This document shows positions 46,828-56,582 of a stretch of DNA of 64,000 nt, piece after piece. The translations under genes were made by a program, and so were the position numbers. The DNA is from a virus. Below the pieces are notes generated by a model. That model did no database searches. It saw only the letters and a list, made by a program, of their open reading frames with translations, and was not told where the DNA came from. The stretch's first letter is position 1. Each line of letters starts with the position of its first letter. Location of the stretch: IMG/VR virus record IMGVR_UViG_2643221865_000002. One strand, given 5' to 3'.

Positions 46828-47280
46828 CTATCCCTCGTAGGTCCACAGTTCCAGGTCGCAGCGGTACTCCGCAGCCACCTTCTCCAGCACCGGGAGGGCG
46901 TCCTCCCAGACGAGGCCGCCGATACCGCAGCCGATCTGCGGCAGGGCGATGCGGGTGATGCCGTTCTGGTCGGCGTGCTGCAGTGCGGCGCGTGTGCCGG
47001 TCTCCAGCCAGTCGAGGGAGGCGTTCGGGCCTGTCTGGTCCTGGGAGGCGATGTTGTACACCGCGGGGAGCTCCTCGGTTGCCGGCCAGAAGAACATCCC
47101 ACCGGGGATGAGGGCGCCGGAGCGGCACACCTTCGCGTACGCGTCGAACATGCCGGCGAACCGGAGACGGAACACGTTCGCGATGCCGGCGTGCATGGCG
47201 CCGACAACGTTCACCCCCTGCCCGAGTGCGGGTGCGTCAGAGGTGAAAAGGTCGCCGGACTTGTGGGTCACTGTGGTCAT
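46828..47280 (-). CDS. macrodomain protein (ADP-ribose binding/hydrolase-like)
   Basis: GQGVNVVGAMHAGIA and IALPQIGCGIGGLVWEDAL resemble the macro motifs (VNAAN..GGGV and IAFP.ISTG.YG). The ATG is 8 nt after a motif copy. Confidence 0.55.
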   Translation of the reverse strand: MTTVTHKSGDLFTSDAPALGQGVNVVGAMHAGIANVFRLRFAGMFDAYAKVCRSGALIPGGMFFWPATEELPAVYNIASQDQTGPNASLDWLETGTRAALQHADQNGITRIALPQIGCGIGGLVWEDALPVLEKVAAEYRCDLELWTYEG

Positions 47281-47284
47281 GACA

Positions 47285-47299
47285 CCTACATGTGCGGAC
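47285..47299 (-). promoter_or_regulatory. conserved motif copy, N8 before macro gene ATG
   Basis: Sequence match. Confidence 0.55.
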
Positions 47300-47361
47300 A
47301 ACCTCGGATCCGGCCGGTCGACATCGATACGAGGTTCGCCATCCTGGAACCGAGGAACCGT

Positions 47362-48000
47362 TTAGAGGTTCGCTCTGTCAGGCCAAGTCGTACGTCTGTC
47401 GCGCAGGAATGCGGTGAGAGCAGCGGAGGTGGCACGCCCGTCAGCAGGTCGAGTCAGCCACCTCGTGTCGTACCGCCTCTCCCACTCTTCGGCTTCCAGG
47501 CGTCGAGGGATCTGCACGGACTTCCAGTACCCGCGGTTGTCTCGAGCCCATCCTGTTCGGTCGAACCTGGACCAGTCGGAGGTCCATCGGTTGAAGTCGG
47601 AGAACTCGAGTGGATTTCCCTTCCGAACGACAGCCACCGAGTCGTCACCGGTGGCGATGAGCTGCCCGTCGACGGTCAGCAGCAATCCACCGCCGCGGTA
47701 ATAGAACAGCGGGAAGGGTTCATCTTTCGCTGTCCACCAAGTTCGGTATCCCTCGCTGATTGATACGGAGATCACCCAGAACGGGTACGTCACGTTCCAG
47801 GTTGGCAGCTGCGAGTACGTGGGGACACCGTCCTCATGAAGCAGGCGGGCCACCTTGTGTGCGTACCTGTCCAACCTGTGCTGCCAGTCCTCGACCGGTT
47901 GAACACGTGCGGGCGGAACGTAGAGGAGATCAGGTGCTGGTGACCGCGGGCTTGCAGATTTTGAGGTTCGTGCTCCCAACAAGCGTGAGAAGAAGCCCAT
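47362..48000 (-). CDS. hypothetical protein
   Basis: 212 aa of clean coding, Trp-rich. Confidence 0.55.
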   Translation of the reverse strand: MGFFSRLLGARTSKSASPRSPAPDLLYVPPARVQPVEDWQHRLDRYAHKVARLLHEDGVPTYSQLPTWNVTYPFWVISVSISEGYRTWWTAKDEPFPLFYYRGGGLLLTVDGQLIATGDDSVAVVRKGNPLEFSDFNRWTSDWSRFDRTGWARDNRGYWKSVQIPRRLEAEEWERRYDTRWLTRPADGRATSAALTAFLRDRRTTWPDRANL

Positions 48001-48012
48001 CGAAGGCGTTCC

Positions 48013-48132
48013 TCAGCTGATCTTGATGCCGCAGACGGGACATTTCTGGAAGCTGCTCGGCGATGCGATTTCAGTGCCGCATCCCCGGCAGACGTAAGCA
48101 GCTCGGTGGGGTGTTTGCATCAGACCACTCAT
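48013..48132 (-). CDS. small zinc-ribbon protein (about 39 aa)
   Basis: YVCRGCGTEIASPSSFQKCPVCG with RBS GGGAG. The upstream ORF-track part is Arg/Cys junk. Confidence 0.35.
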   Translation of the reverse strand: MSGLMQTPHRAAYVCRGCGTEIASPSSFQKCPVCGIKIS

Positions 48133-48247
48133 AGCTTTTGCTCCCATCTGGGAGGGCGCAGCGCGCCCCCTGATGGTGGAGACAGTACCGCAATGGCGGC
48201 ATCCGCGGCCGACCAAAGTTCTGCCCCGATGCCACCGCCGGCGACGG

Positions 48248-49066
48248 TCAGCGGATCTTGTCGACGAACGCGATGAGCAGTCGCCGCCACAACGGGAGCG
48301 GTTCCGGCTTCCGGGCGCCGGAACGTGCTCCCCCGATTGAGTATCCCCGTCGCGCTGCACCTCCTGGTATCAGTTGCAGTTTCGGGAAGATCTGCGCCGC
48401 GTGCTTCCCCGGGTACTTCATGGTCAGCTGCTCGTATTCGGCACGGGATGTCGCAACCCCGCCGATGAAGTCCGCTGCTCGCTTCGCCGTGTGCGCGTCA
48501 TGGATTTCGTCGACGATGATGAACCCGAGCTCTGCGGCTTTGCGTGCCTCGTCGCCGTCGATCAGAACACCGTGGTACCGGTTGGGGCGGTCGGGATGCC
48601 ACCGGTCTACGATCGCGGCCACCTGATCCTTGTAAGTCTGGCCTTCCTCGCCTTTCATGGATGCCGGCTTCTGGAGAGCAGCGACGTCGCTGGCGATCCG
48701 CGCGTTCACCCGGTCGAAGTACGCGGCCTCCCAGGAACGCCCCTGCCGGGTCCGGGCTTCGAGGCGATGGAAGACGCCGGTCGGTTCGCCGTTCTGAGGG
48801 GCATCCGGTGTAGGTTCCGGCTGGACAGGGATCGGGGTGGTCGCGGGCGCCTCCGTTGCAGGCTGGACAGGCTCAGACATGGGCGCCTCAGCCGCAGGCT
48901 GCACGACGACCGGAGCGGTCGGTGTCGTGTCCACGGTCAGCTGCGGGAGCCCGGCATCCGGGTTCAGTACCTGGCAGTTTTCGCCGTCCCAGTGGAATCG
49001 CTCCACCGTGCATGCTGAAGGGTTCGGGCAGATGACTGCCTTCGACCTGTACGACGTGACCTGCAT
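48248..49066 (-). CDS. hypothetical protein with N-terminal Cys cluster and Pro/Thr-rich linker
   Basis: 272 aa of clean coding. Confidence 0.55.
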   Translation of the reverse strand: MQVTSYRSKAVICPNPSACTVERFHWDGENCQVLNPDAGLPQLTVDTTPTAPVVVQPAAEAPMSEPVQPATEAPATTPIPVQPEPTPDAPQNGEPTGVFHRLEARTRQGRSWEAAYFDRVNARIASDVAALQKPASMKGEEGQTYKDQVAAIVDRWHPDRPNRYHGVLIDGDEARKAAELGFIIVDEIHDAHTAKRAADFIGGVATSRAEYEQLTMKYPGKHAAQIFPKLQLIPGGAARRGYSIGGARSGARKPEPLPLWRRLLIAFVDKIR

Positions 49067-49222
49067 GCGGGTGCTCCTCTCAGCGCCGCGAACCGCGGAC
49101 AGAGCGTAGGTGTGCGGCAGAGCCTCCGTTCACCTCGCTGTCCCTGGCGTCCCCATCCAACGAGAAACCCCGTCAACCGGTGTGGTTGGCGGGGCTCCTA
49201 TGGGTGCTGTCAGGTGTGCGGT

Positions 49223-51424
49223 TTACTCCGCTGCCACCTTGCGGCGGCGGACCATGAGGGCTGCGCCGCCGAGGAGCATCAGAGCGGCAACACCGAGGAA
49301 CGGTGCGCCCTCGAAGCCGAGGCCGGGGATGACATCGGTGCTGTCACCGGCTGCGGCGACTGTGATCTCGGAGATGAGGTACTCGACACCGTCCTCGTCC
49401 ACGAAGTACAGGTGGTGCGTACCAGCGGGGGTGTTGAGGGGAATCGTCACACTGGCCTCGACCTTGCCGTCGGAGTCGGCGGTGAACGAACCTAGGGTGA
49501 CCGGGTTGGACCTGAGGACGACGGTGACATCCGAATCGGGCGCGAAGCCGCTTCCGCTGACGGTGATCGTCGCGCCGGCGTTTGTCGTCCCCTCTTCCAT
49601 CCCTCCGGGCGGGTTGACGGACACTGGCGGCCTCACAGCGACCCCAAACCGCTTCGCCATGGAGCCCTCATCGTTGAACGCGGTGACTGTGAAGTCGTAC
49701 AGTCCGTACTTGGTGGGCGTGCCGGACAGTACACCGGACTTGCTGAGGGTGATACCGGCGGGCAGGTCGCCGGAGCTGACCTCCCACTGGACGTCCTTGT
49801 CAGAAGTCAGCTGCTTCGAGTAGGGGACACCCTGCTGCATCTTGCCGAGATCCCTAGTGGTAGTGGTGATCACCGGGTTGCTCTTGCCGCCGTCGTGGTG
49901 ACGGGTGACTGTTCCGCGGTAGACCTGCTCGTCGGTGTCGTCGGTCTTCTCCTGGCTGCCGATGACAGCGAAGTCGTAGTATCCGCCGTACGCCTCGTCA
50001 CCGTACTCAACGGTGCCGGACAGGGTTGCCGTTTCACGGTTGAAGGTCAGACCTGCGGGCAGGGTGCCGTCCGTCTGCCAGAAGTCCACGTTGGTGCCGG
50101 TGAACGTGTGGTTGATCTTCTGTCCGGCGGTCAGGTTGCCGAGAGCGTAGCCGTCGACGACGGGCTTGCCCTTCTTGACGTTGATGGAGAAACCGTTGAA
50201 CACGCGGGTCTCACCGGCGGCCGGGTACCGCGTGTTGGACGCGATGACGTTGAAGCTGACGTTCCCGACCTTCGTCGGGGTGCCAGTGATCATGCCGACG
50301 CCGTGCTTGTACTTGAAGGTCAGACCGGCGGGAAGGGTGCCTTCCAGGGTGAGCGTCTCCTCGTAGTTCGCGACGATCGCGGCCGAGTACTCCTCGCCGA
50401 CGCGGGCGGTACCAGTGAACTCGGTCTGCTCGCGCGGGAAGTTCGGCAGGCCCTGCAGGGCAGTGCCGTAGAGAGTCTTCTCGTACTGCTGACCGCCGAC
50501 CGTTGCGTTCAGGGTGATGCCCCAACCGCCGTAGGTCGTGAACAGACCGTCGAGGTAGAACTTGCCGCCCTGCTTGACGATGGACAGGTCGTAAGTGTCG
50601 GAATCGCTGCCGAACGTGACGTTGGTGGCTCCGGGAACGTTGATCAGTTCATGGGCCTGCGCGCCCTGCTCGAAGGTGAACGTCTCGCTCATCCACGGGT
50701 CTTCCGGCTGCGCCTCAGCGATGTGGATGGTGAACGTGTGGGGGGTTCGGAGAGTCCAATCCGGTCCGACCGCCACCAGGGTGAACGTGTAGTCGCCCGC
50801 CTTGGTTGGGGTGCCGAAGATGGCTTTCCGTTCAACGTCGAGGTTGAGTCCGGGCGGGAAGTTGAAGCTACCGTCGTTCTCTTCGACCGACATGGAGCCG
50901 TTCCAGTTCGTCGCTTCGAGCTGGAAGTAGTACGGGGAGCCGACCGTTCCGGACGGTTCTGTGAGGGAGAGCCACACCGGGTGGTAGTCGGGAGCCTCGA
51001 CCCTGGTGACGGTGCCGGTGAACGTCTGGTCGGACGTCCCCTCAGCGCCGTCGGAGGCGGTGACGGTGAACGCGTACGCGCCGGGGACGTCGGCGACGGT
51101 GCCGGTGAGGTGGCCGGTGCTGTCGACGTTCAGGCCGAGGTCTGCGACGCTGGCGTCCGCGGCGGCGTAGGAGACGGCGCCGGCCGCCATCAGGTAAGAG
51201 TCGACGGTGTCGCCGACAGTCAGGTCGCCGACGGCGTTGGGCTGGGACATCCACGTGATGCCGGTGCCGCTACCGGGGCCGCCGGGGAGGCCACCGGGGC
51301 CGCCGGGGAGGCCACCGGGGCCGGAGGCCATTGCGGGAGTGGCCGCGAAGATCGTGGTCGCAGCGACGGCTGCTGCGGCGAGGGCGGCGCCGAAACGGCG
51401 ACCGCGGGTCAGAGTGCTACTCAA
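49223..51424 (-). CDS. cell-surface protein with putative Ig (He_PIG-like) repeats, Tat-like signal and C-terminal TM anchor
   Basis: TTG start after RBS GGAAGGA. TRGRRFGAAL is a twin-arginine-like signal. Repeats GTPTK(A/V)G.Y.F.(V/L). The C-terminus LGVAALMLLGGAALMVRRRK is a TM anchor. Confidence 0.55.
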   Translation of the reverse strand: MSSTLTRGRRFGAALAAAAVAATTIFAATPAMASGPGGLPGGPGGLPGGPGSGTGITWMSQPNAVGDLTVGDTVDSYLMAAGAVSYAAADASVADLGLNVDSTGHLTGTVADVPGAYAFTVTASDGAEGTSDQTFTGTVTRVEAPDYHPVWLSLTEPSGTVGSPYYFQLEATNWNGSMSVEENDGSFNFPPGLNLDVERKAIFGTPTKAGDYTFTLVAVGPDWTLRTPHTFTIHIAEAQPEDPWMSETFTFEQGAQAHELINVPGATNVTFGSDSDTYDLSIVKQGGKFYLDGLFTTYGGWGITLNATVGGQQYEKTLYGTALQGLPNFPREQTEFTGTARVGEEYSAAIVANYEETLTLEGTLPAGLTFKYKHGVGMITGTPTKVGNVSFNVIASNTRYPAAGETRVFNGFSINVKKGKPVVDGYALGNLTAGQKINHTFTGTNVDFWQTDGTLPAGLTFNRETATLSGTVEYGDEAYGGYYDFAVIGSQEKTDDTDEQVYRGTVTRHHDGGKSNPVITTTTRDLGKMQQGVPYSKQLTSDKDVQWEVSSGDLPAGITLSKSGVLSGTPTKYGLYDFTVTAFNDEGSMAKRFGVAVRPPVSVNPPGGMEEGTTNAGATITVSGSGFAPDSDVTVVLRSNPVTLGSFTADSDGKVEASVTIPLNTPAGTHHLYFVDEDGVEYLISEITVAAAGDSTDVIPGLGFEGAPFLGVAALMLLGGAALMVRRRKVAAE

Positions 51425-51622
51425 AGGTGGATCCTTCCAGATAGGTGGGGTGGTGCATGTTGGGCGGTGATCCGCCGATGGCTTCATTCGCAGTGCAGCG
51501 CAGCACCAGGCAAATCCGGCGCTCCGACATTGCCACGTCGGTCATCTAGGTGTGCGGTGACGCACAGACCGTGCCGTGCACTGGGGGTGCGAGTGCGGCC
51601 TCCAGACGGTGGGCCTCGGCGA

Positions 51623-51940
51623 TCATCCGGAGATGGCGGCGCCGATCATCGACAGGATGTCGGAGGCGTCCAGAGCTCTGGCGTCCAGCAGCTCCTGCAG
51701 GATCTCCTCCGCCGTGCGCGGGTTGTCGTCCTCGTCTGCGTAGTTGGCTGCGACGACCGCTTCCGCGACAGCTGCAGGGTCGACCGGCGCCTTCTCGCCA
51801 CGAGCGACCTGGATGGCGTCGGCGACGTGATGCGTCAGGGTGTCCAGAAGGTCGTCGGTCTCATCGCTTGACGGGACATCGAACTGCTGGAACAGGGCGG
51901 TGAGCTGGTCGTTGATCGAGTAGAAATCGTTGGTCTTCAT
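51623..51940 (-). CDS. hypothetical acidic protein
   Basis: RBS AAGGAG. A motif copy lies at 51968-51982. Confidence 0.55.
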   Translation of the reverse strand: MKTNDFYSINDQLTALFQQFDVPSSDETDDLLDTLTHHVADAIQVARGEKAPVDPAAVAEAVVAANYADEDDNPRTAEEILQELLDARALDASDILSMIGAAISG

Positions 51941-51967
51941 GAGGGTGATGCTCCTTCTTTGTCACTA

Positions 51968-51982
51968 CCCACATGCGCGGAT
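51968..51982 (-). promoter_or_regulatory. conserved motif copy (CGCGCATGTGGGTAGTGAC)
   Basis: Upstream of 51623..51940. Confidence 0.5.
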
Positions 51983-52031
51983 TTCCGCGGTTCTGAAGCT
52001 GATCTGGCGACTGTTCAGAGTGCGCGATAGT

Positions 52032-52385
52032 TCACTGGCGGCCGCGGAGCGCGCTGTTCCTGTGCACGGAGAGGATGAGGTCGTGCAGGCGGATCTTGTC
52101 GACGGAAGCGAGCTCCTCGTCTGTGAGGCCGAGCTCGGCGGTGGTCAGGGTGACACCCCGATCGGCGAGAACGGTCAGCACCTTGCTGATGCCGGCGGCG
52201 AAGCCGCGCTCGTACTTGGACGTCAGCTCCTCGTCGAGGGCCCGGTCGATCTCGGCGACGGCATCGTTCAGTTCGGGCGCGGCGATGAGCTCACGGATGG
52301 GGCGGAGGACGTTGCCCAGCGCGAGACCGGACTTGTAACCGCCCTGATCGTCCAGAGTGGTGTCGGAGATAGTTGCGATGGCCAT
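52032..52385 (-). CDS. hypothetical protein
   Basis: Internal ATG with RBS GAAGGA. The ORF-track N-terminus is Arg-rich junk. Confidence 0.5.
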   Translation of the reverse strand: MAIATISDTTLDDQGGYKSGLALGNVLRPIRELIAAPELNDAVAEIDRALDEELTSKYERGFAAGISKVLTVLADRGVTLTTAELGLTDEELASVDKIRLHDLILSVHRNSALRGRQ

Positions 52386-52423
52386 GGTGTCCTTCGGTAG
52401 GTGGAGTGGATCGGAGTGGTGGG

Positions 52424-52897
52424 TCACTTGCGGGGGCCGATGCCGAAACGGCGTTGGGTCCACACTTCGACGTCGCACTGGTGCGATTGGGCGAGCGCGG
52501 CAACGACAGGTTCGACGTCGGCCCAGTCGAGCCCGCCGACACCGCATCCGATGCGTGGCATGGCGACGGTCTTGAAGTGGATCTCGTCGGCGTGGTCCAA
52601 AGCTTTCCGGAGCGACTCCTCCAGCCATTCGAGGCGGGCGTTCGCGCCGCGGCGGTCCTGGGAGGCGAGGTTGAACACGGCGGTGCGGTTCTCGATCGGA
52701 GGCCAGTAGAAGAACTGCCCCGGCTTGAACGTCTGGTTGGCGCAGATGCGGAGGTACATGTCGTGCATCATCGGGAACCGGTCACGGAACGTCGGGGCGA
52801 TGCCGGACCACATCTGACCGTCCACGTTGACCCCTTGCATCAGGGCAGGGGCAGTCGAGGTGAACAGGTCACCGGTCTTCAGGATGAGGGCGCCCAT
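52424..52897 (-). CDS. macrodomain protein (paralog of 46828..47280)
   Basis: GDLFTSTAPALMQGVNVDGQMWSGIA and VAMPRIGCGVGGLDWADVEPV. RBS GAAAGGA. A motif copy lies at 52926-52940. Confidence 0.55.
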   Translation of the reverse strand: MGALILKTGDLFTSTAPALMQGVNVDGQMWSGIAPTFRDRFPMMHDMYLRICANQTFKPGQFFYWPPIENRTAVFNLASQDRRGANARLEWLEESLRKALDHADEIHFKTVAMPRIGCGVGGLDWADVEPVVAALAQSHQCDVEVWTQRRFGIGPRK

Positions 52898-52925
52898 CGA
52901 CAGTCCTTTCTCGAGGTGCGCCTCC

Positions 52926-52940
52926 ACCATGTGCGGAGCA
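52926..52940 (-). promoter_or_regulatory. conserved motif copy
   Basis: Upstream of the second macro gene. Confidence 0.5.
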
Positions 52941-53025
52941 GGAGGAAAACACCTGCCGGAGGTCGAACCGCGGCATCCGGGCGCCCCGGGCCGAGCGATT
53001 TCGCTGCATCGTCGGCGGCGCATGG

Positions 53026-53527
53026 CACGATGGCCGGCATGGGATTCCTCGACAAGCTCCGCAGCAAGAAGAACGAACCGACGGTGGTCGCTACCGTCAC
53101 GATCAACCAGTCCGACCTGCGGGCGGCTGGAACCTCCGTGGAGGCGAAGCTCGTCGACTATGAAGCACTGCAGAAAGCGGAGGACCAGGCGTCGAAGGTC
53201 CGCGGAAAGCACTACACCGAATGGGGCGATGACCTCGATCGGCTTCGGAAGGACGGACCTGAAGACGAGTACCTGGCGTTGGTTCTCGACTGCGTCGACG
53301 GCGCCGAACGCGCAGCGAAGGTGAACGGACGCGAACCGGCTCCCGCCTACACGGAACGGGCCGCAGTGGTCTACCGACGTCGGAAGGACTACGCCGCAGA
53401 GGTGGCTGTGCTCCAGCGCTGGGAGGATGTCTGCCCTCCGGAGCGACGAGGTCCCGGCGCGACACAGCCGAAGCTGCTGGTGAGGAAGGCGAAAGCGTTG
53501 GAGCTGCTGGCCTCAACCGGCAGCTGA
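53026..53527 (+). CDS. hypothetical protein
   Basis: The C-terminal 166 aa of ORF 52373..53527 are coding; the upstream part is antisense to the macro gene. Confidence 0.5.
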
Positions 53528-53546
53528 TCCGCCAACCTGATTCGGG

Positions 53547-54114
53547 TCAGGCGGCCTTTCGCTGCTCCGGGAACTCGTGCAGGTACCCGCGGGTTTCCGC
53601 CCGGCGGAGGACAGTGGAGTGGTGCACGTCGATGGTGCGGGCGTACTCGGTGACACCCATCGCCCAGACGCCGGCGATGACGTCGGCTTTGTCGGGGTCA
53701 GGTCGGTCATCAGTGCGGCCGGCGGTGTGCAGGATGCAGGTCAGGTGCAGGGCGCTGCGGAGCTTCGTGCCGCACCAGCAGGCGTACTGCTTCGCAGTCC
53801 TCGACTTCGGGAGCGGATCCACACCACGGCGAGTCAGCTCCTTACGGCAGGCGTTGCCCGAGACACCGCAGACACGGGACAGCTCCTCCCAGGAGTCGTA
53901 CTCGACGATGTCGAGCATCTCCGCGGTGGACGGGTAGTTCGCCTTCTCGCGGCGGCCTGCGGTCTCGTATTCGGTGATGTCCCGGCGGGCGAGCTCCTTG
54001 CGGACACTGGTCGCGGAGACGCCGACACGGCGGCCCATCTCAGCGACTCCGTGCTCGGCGATGATCGCGAGCATGATCTTGGTGTCCGGGTAGGCGGTTT
54101 TCTTCTGCGGCATG
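53547..54114 (-). CDS. DNA-binding protein with two HTH-like repeats (transposase/sigma region-4-like)
   Basis: LAIIAEHGVAEMGRRVGVSATSVRKELARR and MLDIVEYDSWEELSRVCGVSGNACRKELTRR. RBS GAAGGAG 8 nt before the ATG. Confidence 0.5.
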
Positions 54115-54138
54115 ATGCTGCTCCTTCTTCTCGGAGCA

Positions 54139-54152
54139 TTCATGCGCGGAGC
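54139..54152 (-). promoter_or_regulatory. conserved motif copy
   Basis: 27 nt upstream of the HTH gene ATG. Confidence 0.5.
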
Positions 54153-54228
54153 TGGCGATTAATGCTGGAGCGTGGGAATCCGCTGGGTGTACCTTGTGGA
54201 CACAACGCGATGAAGCGGAGACCCGACC

Positions 54229-54690
54229 ATGAGCGCTTTCGGTATTGCTACAGGCAGCCCGACCTCCCCCGGCGGTCCCATCGAAATCAACGCCAGCGCC
54301 AAGGACAAGACGATCAACGCGCTCGGCGCGCTCGTGAAATGGATCCCCGCCGATGTGGTCGCCGGCTACGGCATCGCCACCACCCTGAAAGTCGCGAACA
54401 ACAAGGACGCAGACCCGGACTGGGTGGCGTGGTGGATTTTCCTGATCATCGCGCCGATCTTCGTGGCGGTCGTCGCATGGGCAACGAAAGAGACCAAAGA
54501 CTTGGCGTGGAAGGTGATCCTCGTCGTCCCAGCATTCATCCTGTGGTCATCCACGATCCCGGCATCCGTGTGGAACACGTTCTCCTGGTTCAAGGATGCG
54601 ACAGCCCTCACCTACGGGGTGCTGTTCATCATCGCCGTGTTGTTCACGATCGTCGCACAAAGACTGGCACCGCCATCGGACGGTGCATAA
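54229..54690 (+). CDS. membrane protein (3-4 TM)
   Basis: RBS GGAG. 153 aa. Confidence 0.6.
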   Translation: MSAFGIATGSPTSPGGPIEINASAKDKTINALGALVKWIPADVVAGYGIATTLKVANNKDADPDWVAWWIFLIIAPIFVAVVAWATKETKDLAWKVILVVPAFILWSSTIPASVWNTFSWFKDATALTYGVLFIIAVLFTIVAQRLAPPSDGA

Positions 54691-54693
54691 CCC

Positions 54694-55248
54694 CTACCTC
54701 TGGGCGGCAGCCTTCCGCGCCTGCCTGGCAAGCCTGTCCGCTCGTTCGTTCAGCGGATCACCTGAGTGACCCTTCACCCGGACGAACACCACCGTGCGTT
54801 CCGACATGAACGCGTCGATGTACGCCATCTCGGCATCCGCGCCGCGCTTCACCCAGGCGTTACGGCGTTCCCCGGACTGGTACATGCGGATCGCTTGGAG
54901 CGCCTCCTTGCAGTCGCAGAACACCGTGATCCGCTCGTACAGGGCATGCGCTTCCAACGCTTTCGCGATCGCCCGGAGCTCCGCACCGAACGACGACTCG
55001 GACGCCGGTCCGGAACCCTGCCCGCCGATGCTGGACACCCACCCGTAGCCACCGCGCCCGTACCCGCCTTGATCGGGCTCCCCGGAACCGTCAGTGGCGA
55101 CGGTGATGGACAGGCGAGGGATCGGGCGGCCAGCGATCGGCTGGTCAGGGCCGACAGCAGGTTCAGGGCGGGCCCAACGGGTCCGCGGAACGTAGGTGGA
55201 CGCGATCGACGGCAACGGGGCGGCTGGTGGGCGCGGGATTGTCACCAC
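54694..55248 (-). CDS. rnhA: ribonuclease HI with Pro-rich N-terminal extension
   Basis: TDGSG, ELRAI, FCDCKEA and KGHSGDPLNERADRLA motifs. Confidence 0.8.
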   Translation of the reverse strand: MVTIPRPPAAPLPSIASTYVPRTRWARPEPAVGPDQPIAGRPIPRLSITVATDGSGEPDQGGYGRGGYGWVSSIGGQGSGPASESSFGAELRAIAKALEAHALYERITVFCDCKEALQAIRMYQSGERRNAWVKRGADAEMAYIDAFMSERTVVFVRVKGHSGDPLNERADRLARQARKAAAQR

Positions 55249-55478
55249 GGCAGGGGCGGCACGCCGACGAAGATGACCGTGTAGCCGTCCTCGGCGAGTG
55301 ACTCAGCGACGTACTCGGGGCTCACCTCGCGGCAGTCACCGCAGTCGTTCTCGAACCAGCGGCCGTCCTGCTTCACCAACGTGGTCAGATCGGGGTCGGT
55401 GAGGTGGCCGACGAAGGCGTTCTCGTAGAGGTCGCCGAGGTAGGCGACGATCGCTTCGTGGCTGGTGAGGGTGGGCAT
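55242..55478 (-). CDS. small hypothetical protein
   Basis: 78 aa with RBS GAAGGA 7 nt before an ATG that coincides with a CCGCACATG copy. It overlaps rnhA by 7 nt. Confidence 0.55.
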   Translation of the reverse strand: MPTLTSHEAIVAYLGDLYENAFVGHLTDPDLTTLVKQDGRWFENDCGDCREVSPEYVAESLAEDGYTVIFVGVPPLPW

Positions 55479-55516
55479 GTGCGGTCCTTCAGGTTGGCTT
55501 ATCCGTCACCTTCATG

Positions 55517-55533
55517 CGCGGAGTTGCCCGGAA
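55517..55533 (-). promoter_or_regulatory. conserved motif copy (TCCGCGCATGAAGGTGAC)
   Basis: Upstream of 55242..55478. A second CCGCACATG overlaps that start codon. Confidence 0.5.
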
Positions 55534-55543
55534 TCACCCAACC

Positions 55544-56515
55544 TCAGCTGTTCCCCTTGATGACGTTGCACCACCAGTGGGCTGCCTGCAGGTTCTCTGC
55601 GGTGTGGCCTCCGTCGACGGTGACGGCTTGGATGTGGTCGAGGGTGACGGACCACGGGTCCGGATGCTGGAGTGTCTTGTCGATCTCGGTGCCGCAGATC
55701 CCGCACATCCAGTCGCATGCTTCGTACACGGCTTGCGGGTCGACGTAGTCGGCTTGCGGGTCGATGTGCCCAGCGGCGCGGGCTCTGGCCAGGTAGGCGC
55801 TGCGTGCGCGGGCGGCCCTGGATAGGGAGTGGCGGGCTGGCGTCCACAGGGACTGCGGCTGCACTGGGGAGAACACGTACGCTTCCCAGCGGTAGTCGTT
55901 GCCGTGCTCGTCGACGTCGGAGATGAGCTCCCGGGCGAACCACGTCTCCGGGTCGTCGAGGAATGCGGTGCGGTGCGGCAGCTCGAACAGGTCGGCGCCG
56001 ACTCCGATCACCGGGAGGGTCAGCATGCTGGGCCGGTAGTCAGGGCCGACGGCGACGAGGCCCCACATGTCGGTGCCGATGAGGTCTGCCACCATGACGG
56101 TGTCCGGGGAGGCCATGCCGGTCAGGTACCCGGCGGCGGCTGCGTGCCCGTGATGCTCCGGTTCCAGCAGCGCGTATGAGGTGATGAGCCCGTGCCGTTC
56201 GACGGCGTCGCCGGGTTTCGGCCACCGGCCATGCTCGTACGGGAACTCAGCATCCATGTTCGTGCGGAAGAACTGCGGTCCACGGGCCGACTCTTCAGCG
56301 CGCGCTTGAACCTTCTCCGGCCGAGGTGCAGGAATCACGGTCCCTGGCCTGTCGAGGGTTCTGCTGATGCTGCGGCGCAGGTTCGCGTTGCACCGTGGGG
56401 AGCAGACATGCCGGTCCCGCTGCTTCCAGTGCGCCTTGGCGGGGATCGGGTTGCCGCACTTCACGCACGGTTCGCCGCCTTTCGCCCGGGTCGGCTGCTT
56501 CAGCATGTCGTCCAT
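55544..56515 (-). CDS. HNH endonuclease domain protein with N-terminal zinc ribbon
   Basis: The C-terminus CGICGTEID...LDHIQAVTVDGGHTAENLQAAHWWCNVIKGN is an HNH motif. Confidence 0.7.
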   Translation of the reverse strand: MDDMLKQPTRAKGGEPCVKCGNPIPAKAHWKQRDRHVCSPRCNANLRRSISRTLDRPGTVIPAPRPEKVQARAEESARGPQFFRTNMDAEFPYEHGRWPKPGDAVERHGLITSYALLEPEHHGHAAAAGYLTGMASPDTVMVADLIGTDMWGLVAVGPDYRPSMLTLPVIGVGADLFELPHRTAFLDDPETWFARELISDVDEHGNDYRWEAYVFSPVQPQSLWTPARHSLSRAARARSAYLARARAAGHIDPQADYVDPQAVYEACDWMCGICGTEIDKTLQHPDPWSVTLDHIQAVTVDGGHTAENLQAAHWWCNVIKGNS

Positions 56516-56582
56516 GGCGTCGAAGTAGTCGTCAGCGTCGATCGTGCATCTCCTCAGTCGGTCGGGATATTCTCTCGCGGTT

